NCBI GenBank assembly: GCA_964016885.1
Contig: OZ024742.1
Location: forward strand, 163,246,001 to 163,310,000
Direction: 5' to 3'
Length of the DNA: 64,000 bases
From: Eledone cirrhosa
Taxonomy: Eukaryota
A model generated the notes under the pieces. That model saw only the letters and a list, made by a program, of their open reading frames with translations, was not told where the DNA came from and searched no databases. A program made the translations under genes and the position numbers. Positions 30,030 through 40,599 of this stretch are shown here, piece after piece; position 1 is the first letter of the stretch; each line of letters begins with the position of its first letter.

Positions 30030-33000
30030 GGACGGCTGAAAATTATCTCCCCTTGGACGGCTGGAAATTATCTCCCCTTGATTTTTTTTACAAATTATCT
30101 CCCCCTGATTATTTTTTACAAATTATCTCCCCCTGATTTTTTTTTACAAATTATCTCCCCCTGATTTTTTTTACAAATTATCTCCCCCTGATTTTTTTAC
30201 AAATTATCTCCCCTTGGCTGGCTGGAAATTATCTCCCCTTGGAGGCTGGAATTTATCTCCCCTTGGACGGTTAGAAATTACCTCTCCTTGGACGGCTGGA
30301 AAATATGTCTCCTTGGACGGCTGGAAATTATCGCCCCTTGGACGGCTGGAAATTATCTCCCCTTGGACGGCTGGAAATTATCTCTCCTCGGACGGCTAGA
30401 AATTACCTCTCCTTGGACAGCTGAAAATTATCTCCCCTTGGACGGCTGGAAATTATCTCCCCTTGATTTTTTTTACAAATTATCTCCCCCTGATTTTTTT
30501 TTACAAATTATCTCCCCCTGATTTTTTTTTACAAATTATCTCCCCCTGATTTTTTTTTACAAATTATCTCCCCCTGATATTTTTTACAAATTATCTCCCC
30601 CTGATTTTTTTACAAATTATCTCCCCTTGGCTGGCTGGAAATTATCTCCCCTTGGAGGCTGGAATTTATCTCCCCTTGGACGGCTAGAAATTACCTCGCC
30701 TTGGACGGCTGGAAAATATGTCTCCTTGGACGGCTGGAAATTATCTCCCCTTGGACGGCTGGAAATTATCTCCCCTTGGACGGCTGGAAATTATCTCCCC
30801 TTGGACGGCTAGATATTACCTCCCCTTGGACGGCTGGAAATTATCTCCCCTTGATTTTTTTTACAAATTATCTACCCCTGATTTTTTTTTACAAATTATC
30901 TCCCCCTGATTTTTTTTTACGAATTATCTCCCCCCGATTTTTTTTTACAAATTATCTCCGCCTGATTTTTTTTAAAAAATTATCTCCCCTTGAACGGCTG
31001 GAAATTATCTCCCCTTGGACGGCTGGAAATTATCTCCCCTTGGACGGCTAGAAATTACCTCTCCTTGGACGGCTGAAAATTATCTCCCCTTGGACGGCTG
31101 CAAATTATCTCCCCTTGATTTTTTAACAAATTATCTCCCCCTGATTTTTTTTTACAAATTATCTCCCCCTGATTTTTTTTTACAAATTATCTCCCCCTGA
31201 TTTTTTTTTACAAATTATCTCCCCCTGATTTTTTTACAAATTATCTCCCCCTGATTTTTTTTACAATCTCCGCCTGATTTTTTAAAAAATTATCTTCCCT
31301 TGGCTGGCGGGAAATTATCTCCCCTTGGACGGCTGGAAATTATATCCCCTTGGAAGGATGGAAATTATCTCCCCTTGGACGGCTGGAAATTATCTCCCCT
31401 TGGACGGCTGGAAATTATCTCCCCTTGGACAGCTGGAAATTATCTGCCCTTGATTTTGTTTTTACAAATTATCTCCCCCTGATTTTTTTTACAAATTATC
31501 TCCACCTGATTTTTAAAAAAATTATCTCCCCTTGGACGGCTGGAAGTTATCTCCCCTTGATTTTTTTACAAATTATCTCCCCCTGATTTTTTTTACAAAT
31601 TATCTCCCCCTGATTTTTTGTTACAAATTATCTCCCCCTGATTTTTTTACAAATTATCTCCCCCTGATTTTTTTTACAAATTATCTCCCCCTGATTTTTT
31701 TAAATATTATCTTCCCTTGGCTGGCGGGAAATTATCTCCCCTTGGACGGCTGAAAATTATCTCCCCTTGGACGGCTGGAAATTATATCCCCTTGATTTTT
31801 TTTACAAATTATCTCCCCCTGATTTTTTTTTACAAATTATCTCCCCCTGATTTTTTTTTACAAATTATCTCCCCCTGATTTTTTTTTAAAAATTACCTCC
31901 ACCTGATTTTTTTTTACAAATTATCTCCCCCTGATTTTTTTACAAATTATCTCCCCTTGGCTGGCAGGAAATTATCTCCCCTTGGAGGCTGGAATTTATC
32001 TCCCCTTGGACGGTTAGAAATTACCTCTCCTTGGAGGGCTGGAAAATATGTCTCCTTGGACGGCTGGATATTATCTACCCTTGGACGGCTGGAAATTATC
32101 TCCCCTTGGACGGCTGGAAATTATCTCCCCTTGGACGGCTAGATATTACCTCCCCTTGGACGGCTGGAAATTATCTCCCCTTGATTTTTTTTACAAATTA
32201 TCTCCCCCTGATTTTTTTTTACGAATTATCTCCCCCTGATTTTTTTTTACAAATTATCTCCGCCTGATTTTTTTTTTTAAATTATCTCCCCTTGAACGGC
32301 TGGAAATTATCTCCCCTTGGACGGCTGGAAATTATCTCCCCTTGGACGGCTAGAAATTACCTCTCCTTGGACGGCTGAAAATTATCTCCCCTTGGACGGC
32401 TGCAAATTATCTCCCCTTGATTTTTTTAACAAATTATCTCCCCCTGATTTTTTTTTACAAATTATCTCCCCCTGATTTTTTTTTACAAATTATCTACGCC
32501 TAATTTTTTTTACAAATTATCTCCCCCTGATTTTTTTTTACAAATTATCTCCCCCTGATTTTTTTTACAAATTATCTCCCCCTGATTTTTTTTTACAAAT
32601 TATCTCCCCCTGCTTTTTTTACAAATTATCTCCCCCCTGATTATTTTTACAATCTCCGCCTGATTTTTTTTAAAATTATCTTCCCTTGGCTGGCGGGAAA
32701 TTATCTCCCCTTGGACGGCTGGAAATTATATCCCCTTGGAAGGATGGAAATTATCTCCCCTTGGACGGCTGGAAATTATCTCCCCTTGGACGGCTGGAAA
32801 TTACCTCCCCTTGGACAGCTGGAAATTATCTGCCCTTGATTTTGTTTTTACAAATTATCTCCCCCTGATTTTTTTTACAAATTATCTCCACCTGATTTTT
32901 TAAAAAATTATCTCCCCTTGGACGGCTGGAAATTATCTCCCCTTGATTTTTTTACAAATTATCTCCCCCTGATTTTTTTTACAAATTATCTCCCCCTGAT

Positions 33001-36000
33001 TTTTTTTTTACAAATTATCTCCCCCTGATTTTTTTACAAATTATCTCCCCCTGATTTTTTTTACAAATTATCTCCGCCTGATTTTTTTAAATATTATCTT
33101 CCCTTGGCTGGCGGGAAATTATCTCCCCTTGGAAGGCTGAAAATTATCTCCCCTTGGACGGCTGGAAATTATCTCCCCTTGATTTTTTTACAAATTATCT
33201 CCCCCTGATTTTTTTTTACAAATTATCTCCCCCTGATTTTTTTTTACAAATTATCTCCCCCTGATTTTTTTTTACAAATTATCTGCCCCTGATTTTTTTT
33301 ACAAATTATCTCCCCCTGATTTTTTTACAAATTATCTCCCCTTGGCTGGTTGGAAATTATCTCCCCTTGGAGGCTGGAATTTATCTCCCCTTGGACGGCT
33401 AGAAATTACCTCTCCTTGGACGGCTGGAAAATATTTCTCCTTGGACGGCTGGATATTATCTACCCTTGGACGGGTGGAAATTATCTCCCCTTGGACGGCT
33501 GGAAATTATCTCCCCTTGGACGGCTAGATATTACCTCCCCTTGGACGGCTGGAAATTATCTCCCCTTGATTTTTTTTACAAATTATCTCCCCCTGATTTT
33601 ATTTTACAAATTATCTCCCCCTGATTTTTTTTACAAATTATCTCCCCCTGATATTTTTTACAAATTATCTCCCCCTGATTTTTTTACAAATTATCTCCCC
33701 TTGGCTGGCTGGAAATTATCTCCCCTTGGACGGCTAGATATTACCTCCCCTTGGACGGCTGGAAATTATCTCCCCTTGATTTTTTTTACAAATTACCTCC
33801 CCCTGATTTTTTTTTACAAATTATCTCCCCCTGATTTTTTTTTACAAATTATCTACCCCTGATTTTTTTTTACAAATTATCTCCCCCTAATTTTTTTACA
33901 AATTATCTCTCCCTGATTTTTTTTTACAAATTATCTCCCCCTGATTTTTTTTTACAAATTATCTACCCCTGATTTTTTTTTACAAATTATCTCCCCCTGA
34001 TTTTTTTTACAAATTATCTCCCCCTGATTTTTTTTACAAATTATCTCCCCCTGATTTTTTTACAAATTATCTCCCCCCGATTTTTTTTACAAATTATCTC
34101 CCCTTGGCTGGCTGGAAATTATCTCCCCTTGGAGGCTGGAATTTATCTCCCCTTGGACGGTTAGAAATTACCTCTCCTTGGACGGCTGGAAAATATGTCT
34201 CCTTGGACGGCTGGAAATTATCTCCCCTGGGACGGCTGGAAATTATCTCCCCTTGGACGGCTGGAAATTATCTCTCCTCGGACGACTAGAAATTACCTCT
34301 CCTTGGACAGCTGAAAATTATCTCCCCTTGGACGGCTGGAAATTATCTCCCCCTGATTTTTTTTTACAAATTATCTCCCCCTGATTTTTATTTTACAAAT
34401 TATCTCCCCCTGATTTTTTTTACAAATTATCTCCCCCTGATATTTTTTACAAATTATCTCCCCCTGATTTTTTTAAAAATTATCTCCCCTTGGCTGGCTG
34501 GAAATTATCTCCCCTTGGAGGCTGGAATTTATCTCCCCTTGGACGGCTAGAAATTACCTCGCCTTGGACGGCTGGAAATTATCTCCCCTTGGAAGGCTGA
34601 AAATTATCTCCCCTTGGACGGCTGGAAATTATCTCCCCTTGATTTTTTTACAAATTATCTCCCCCTGATTTTTTTTTACAAATTATCTCCCCCTGATTTT
34701 TTTTACAAATTATCTCCCCCTGATTTTTTTTTACAAATTATCTGCCCCTGATTTTTTTTACAAATTATCTCCCCCTGATTTTTTTACAAATTATCTCCCC
34801 TTGGCTGGCTGGAAATTATCTCCCCTTGGAGGCTGGAATTTATCTCCCCTTGGACGGCTAGAAATTACCTCTCCTTGGACGGCTGGAAAATATTTCTCCT
34901 TGGACGGCTGGATATTATCTACCCTTGGACGGGTGGAAATTATCTCCCCTTGGACGGCTGGAAATTATCTCCCCTTGGACGGCTAGATATTACCTCCCCT
35001 TGGACGGCTGGAAATTATCTCCCCTTGATTTTTTTTACAAATTATCTCCCCCTGATTTTATTTTACAAATTATCTCCCCCTGATTTTTTTTACAAATTAT
35101 CTCCCCCTGATATTTTTTACAAATTATCTCCCCCTGATTTTTTTACAAATTATCTCCCCTTGGCTGGCTGGAAATTATCTCCCCTTGGACGGCTAGATAT
35201 TACCTCCCCTTGGACGGCTGGAAATTATCTCCCCTTGATTTTTTTTACAAATTATCTCCCCCTGATTTTTTTTTACAAATTATCTCCCCCTGATTTTTTT
35301 TTACAAATTATCTACCCCTGATTTTTTTTTACAAATTATCTCCCCCTGATTTTTTTACAAATTATCTCTCCCTGATTTTTTTTTACAAATTATCTCCCCC
35401 TGATTTTTTTTTACAAATTATCTACCCCTGATTTTTTTTTACAAATTATCTCCCCCTGATTTTTTTTACAAATTATCTCCCCCTGATTTTTTTTACAAAT
35501 TATCTCCCCCTGATTTTTTTACAAATTATCTCCCCCCGATTTTTTTTACAAATTATCTCCCCTTGGCTGGCTGGAAATTATCTCCCCTTGGAGGCTGGAA
35601 TTTATCTCCCCTTGGACGGTTAGAAATTACCTCTCCTTGGACGGCTGGAAAATATGTCTCCTTGGACGGCTGGAAATTATCTCCCCTGGGACGGCTGGAA
35701 ATTATCTCCCCTTGGACGGCTGGAAATTATCTCTCCTCGGACGACTAGAAATTACCTCTCCTTGGACAGCTGAAAATTATCTCCCCTTGGACGGCTGGAA
35801 ATTATCTCCCCCTGATTTTTTTTTACAAATTATCTCCCCCTGATTTTTATTTTACAAATTATCTCCCCCTGATTTTTTTTACAAATTATCTCCCCCTGAT
35901 ATTTTTTACAAATTATCTCCCCCTGATTTTTTTACAAATTATCTCCCCTTGGCTGGCTGGAAATTATCTCCCCTTGGAGGCTGGAATTTATCTCCCCTTG

Positions 36001-36162
36001 GACGGCTAGAAATTACCTCGCCTTGGACGGCTGGAAAATATGTCTCCTTGGACGGCTGGAAATTATCTCCCCTTGGACGGCTGGAAATTATCTCCCCTTG
36101 GACGGCTGGATATTATCTACCCTTGGACGGCTAGATATTACCTCCCCTTGGACGGCTGGAAA
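30030..36162. repeat. Near-identical copy of ~6010-12142 (offset 24,020)
   Basis: Anchors 6194/30214, 6607/30627, 7280/31300, 7937/31957, 8666/32686, 9322/33342, 10781/34801 and 11929/35949 all differ by 24,020. Confidence 0.92.
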
Positions 36163-36362
36163 NNNNNNNNNNNNNNNNNNNNNNNNNNNNNNNNNNNNNN
36201 NNNNNNNNNNNNNNNNNNNNNNNNNNNNNNNNNNNNNNNNNNNNNNNNNNNNNNNNNNNNNNNNNNNNNNNNNNNNNNNNNNNNNNNNNNNNNNNNNNNN
36301 NNNNNNNNNNNNNNNNNNNNNNNNNNNNNNNNNNNNNNNNNNNNNNNNNNNNNNNNNNNNNN
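36163..36362. other. Assembly gap (exactly 200 N)
   Basis: A run of 200 N. The round number is typical of a fixed-size scaffolding or curation placeholder, so the true gap size is unknown. Confidence 0.97.
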
Positions 36363-39300
36363 TGAATTTTTATGAATTTTATGAATTTTATGAATTTTAT
36401 GAATTTTATGAATTTTATGAATTTTATGAATTCTATGAATTTTATAAATTTTATGAATTTTATGAATTTTAGGAATTTTAGAAATTTTAGGAATTTTAAG
36501 AATTTTAGGAATTTTATGAAATTTAGGAATTTTTTGAATTACTTGGAATTTTATGAATTTTTATGAATTTTATGAATTTTATGAATTTTATGAGTTTTGG
36601 AATTTTAGGAATTTTAGGAATCTTAGGAATTTATGAACTTATTGAATTTTAGGAATTTTAATTTTATGAATTTTTGGAATTTGAGGAATTTTAGGAATTT
36701 TAGGAATTTTAGGAATTTTACGAATTTTAGTAATTTTATAAATTTAGGAATTTTAGGAATTTTATGAATTATATAAATTTTAGGAATTTAGGAATCTTAG
36801 GAATTTTAGGAATTTTATAAATTTTATGAATTTTATGAATTTTAGGAATTTTAGGAATTTTATGAATTTTAGGAATTTTAAGAATTTTAGGAATTTTAGG
36901 AATTTTATGAATTATATAAATTTTAGGAATTTTTTGAATTTCTTGGAATTTTATGAATTTTTATGAATTTTATGAATTTTATGAATTTTATGAATTTTTG
37001 GAATTTTAGGAATTTTTAGGAATTTTATGTATTTCATGAATTTTATGAATTTTTATGAATTTTCTGAATTTTATGAATTATATAAATTTTAGGAATTTAG
37101 GAATCTTAGGAATTTTAGGAATTTTAGGAATTTTATGAATTCAAGAATTTTAGGAATTTTTTGAATTTCTTGAATTTTAGGAATTTTAGTAATTTTTCTG
37201 GAATTTTCGTAATTTTTTGAATTTTTATGAATTTTATGAATTTTATGAATTTTATGAATTTTAGGAATTTATGAATTTTAAGAATTTTAGGAATTTTAGG
37301 AATTTTTTGAATTTCTTGGAATTTTATGAATTTTTATGAATTTTATGAATTTTATGAATTTTATGAATTTTTGGAATTTTAGGAATTTTAGGAATCTTAG
37401 GAATTTTATGAACTTTTGAATTTTAGGAATTTTATTAATTTTATGAATTTTTGGAATTTGAGGAATTTTTTGGAATTTTATGAATTTTAGGAATTTTACG
37501 AATTTTAGTAATTTTAGGAATTTTATAAATTTTCGGAATTTTAGGAATTTTATGAATTATAAATTTTAGGAATTTTAGGAATCTTAGGAATTTTAGGAAT
37601 TTTATGAATTTTATGAAACTTAAAATTTTACGAATTTTAGTAATTTTATGAATTTTATAAATTTTATGAATTTTATGAATTTTAGTAATTTTACGAATTT
37701 TAGGAATTTAGGAATTTTAGGAATTTTAGGAATTTTAGGAATTTTAGGAATTTTAGGAATTTTAGGAATTTTAGGAATTTTAGGAATGTTTATGTATTTT
37801 AGGAATTTTATGAATTTTATGAATTTCATGAATTTTATGAATTTTATGAATTTTAGGAATTTTATGAATTTTATGAAATTCAAGAATTTTAGGAATTTTT
37901 TGAATTTTTTGAATTTTAGGAATTTTAGGAATTTTTCCGAATTTTCGTAATTTTATGAATTTTTAGGAATTTTATGAATTTTATGAATTTTATGAATTTT
38001 ATGAATTTTATGAATTTTATGAATTTTATGAATTTAGGAATTTTAGGAATTTTAGGAATTTTAGAAATTTAAGGAATTTTTTGAATTTTAGGAATTTTAG
38101 GAATTTCTATGAATTTTAGGAATTTCTATGAATTTTAGGAATTTTAGGAATTTTAGGAATTTTAGGAATTTTAGGAATTTTATGAATTTTATGAACTTTT
38201 GGAATTTTAGGAATTTTAAGGAATTTTTTTGAATTTTTGAATTTTATGTATTTTTAGGAATTTTAGGAATTTTAGAATTTTAGGAATTTTAGGAATTTTA
38301 TGAATTTTAGTAATTTTAGGAATTTTAAGAAGTTTAGGAATTTTAGGAATTTTTTTGAATTTTCGGAATTTTATGTATTTTTAAGAATTTTAGGAATTTT
38401 ATGAATTATATAAATTTTAGGAATTTTAGGAATCTTAGGAATTTTAGGAATTTTAGGAATTTTAGTAATTTTAGGAATTTCAATGAATTTTAGGAATTTT
38501 AGGAATTTTAGGAATTTTAGGAATTTTATGAATTTTATGAAATTTTGGAATTTTAGGAATTTTAGGAATTTTAAGAATTTTAGGAATTTCGATGAATTTT
38601 TTTGAATTTTCGGAATTTGAGGACTTTCATGAATTTTAAGAATTTTAGGAATTTTAGGAATTTTTAGGAATTTTCTGAATTTTCTGAATTATATAAATTT
38701 TAGGAATTTTAGGAATCTTAGGAATTTTAGGAATTTTAGGAATTTTATGAATTTTATGAATTTTTGGAATTTTAGGAATTTTAGGAATTTTAGGAATTTT
38801 TGGAATTTTAGGAATTTTAGGAATTTTAGGAATTTCTATGAATTTTAGGAATTTTATGAATTTTATGAATTTTATGAATTTTACAATTTTACGAATTTTA
38901 ATTTAAGGAATTTTATAAATTTTATGAATTTTATGAATCTTATGAATTTTAGGAATTTCGATGAATTTTTTTGAATTTTCGGAATTTTATGTATTTTTAG
39001 GAATTTTAGGAATTTTAGGAATTTTAGGAATTTTTCCGAATTTTCGTAATTTTATGAATTTTTATGAATTTTAGGAATTTTATGAATTTTATGAATTTTA
39101 CAATTTTACGAATTTTAATTTAAGGAATTTTATAAATTTTATGAATTTTATGAATCTTATGAATTTTAGGAATTTTAGGAATTTAGGAATTTTAGGAATT
39201 TCTATGAATTTTAGGAATTTTAAGAATTTTTTTGAATTTTTTGAATTTTATGAATTTTTAGGAATTTTCTGAATTTTATGAATTATATAAATTTTAGGAA

Positions 39301-40599
39301 TTTTTTGGAATTTTTGGAATTTTCGGAATTTTCGGAATTTTAAGGAATTTTAGGAATTTTATGAATTTTATGAATTTTATGAACTTTATGAATTTTAGGA
39401 TTTTTATGAATTTTTGGAATTTTATGAATTTTAGGAATTTTTTAAATTTTAGGAATTTTAGGAATTTTAGGAATTTTTATGTATTTTAGGAATTTTAGCA
39501 AGTTTATGAATTCTATGAATTTTAGGAATTTTATGAATTTTATGAATTTTAGGAATTTAGGAATTTTAGGAATTTTGAGGAATTTTTTTGAATTTTCGGA
39601 ATTTTATGTATTTTTAGGAATTTTAGGAATTTTAGGAATTTTATGAATGTTATTAATTTTATGAATTTTAGGAATTTTAGGAATTTTAGGAATTTTAGGA
39701 ATTTTATGAATTTTATGAATTTTACGAATTTTAGAAATGTTATGAATTTTAGGAATTTTAGGAATTTTAGGAATTTTAGGAATTTTAGGAATTTTACAAT
39801 TTTACGAATTTTAGTAATTTTAGGAATTTTAGGAATTTTATGAATTTATGAATTTTAGGAATTTTAGGAATTTTAGGAATTTTATGAATTTTATGAATTT
39901 TTGGAATTTTAGAAATTTTGAGTAATTTTTTTGAATTTTCGGAATTTTATGTATTTTTAGGAATTTTAGGAATTTTAGGAATTTTAGGAATTTTGGGAAT
40001 TTTAGGAATTTTAGGAATTTTATGAATGTTATGAATTTTATGAATTTTTGGAATTTTATGAATTTTATGAATTTTATAAATTTTATGAATTTTATGAATT
40101 TTAGTAATTTTAGGAATTTTAGGAATTTAGGAATTTTACGAATTTTAGGAATTTTAGGAATTTTAGGAATTTTAGGAATTTTAGGAATTTTAGGAATTTT
40201 AGGAATGTTTATGTATTTTAGGAATTTTATGAATTTTATGAATTTCATGAATTTTATGAATTTTATGAATTTTATGAATTTTATGAATTTTTGGAGTTTT
40301 AGGAATTTTAATAATTTTATGAATTTTAGGAATTTTGGGAATTTTAGGAATTTTTTGAATTTCTTGGAATTTTAGGAATCTTAGGAATTTTAGGAATTTT
40401 AGGAATTTTATGAAATTCAAGAATTTTAGGAATTTTTTGAATTTCTTGAATTTTCGGAATTTTAGTAATTTTTTGGAATTTTTGTAATATTATGAATTTT
40501 TATGAATTTTATGAATTTTATGAATTTTATGAATTTTATGAATTTTATGAATTTTATGAATTTTGGGAATTTTATAAATTTTATGAATTTTAGGAATTT

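Larger units (their letters stand above)
1..36162. repeat. Satellite A: composite tandem array of 25-bp G monomer (AAATTATCTCCCCTTGGACGGCTGG) and 26-29-bp T monomer (AAATTATCTCCCCCTGA-T7-10-AC), head-to-tail, single orientation
   Basis: Read directly: 1-26 is a T monomer, 27-250 is nine G monomers, T monomers resume at 251. The pattern continues without unique sequence to the gap. Length divided by ~26 bp suggests roughly 1,350-1,400 monomers (estimate). Confidence 0.98.

Noticed and set aside
40-36162. Many 60-170-aa ORFs (LEIISPWTAGNYLPLDGWKLSPLGR repeats)
   Set aside because: The 25-bp monomer is stop-free on the + strand and cycles through all frames, giving overlapping ORFs with the same peptide. 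Starts are mostly TTG, homopolymers shift frame, and no domain is recognisable.
1-36162. CRISPR-like constant head plus variable tail
   Set aside because: Tails fall into two recurring classes of 12-16 bp rather than unique spacers; the head is only 13 bp; no cas genes or leader.
36023-36472. ORFs spanning the A/B junction
   Set aside because: They read through Ns and are artefacts.
36000-36600. Common ancestry of A and B (GGAAATTAT or GATTTTTTTAC versus GAATTTTAT)
   Set aside because: The similarity is short and low-complexity, and no intermediate monomers are visible on either side of the gap.
37615-37635. Short palindromes TAAAATTTTA, TTCATGAA, TTTATAAA
   Set aside because: One or two substitutions in an AATT-containing repeat create them readily; not distinguishable from background.
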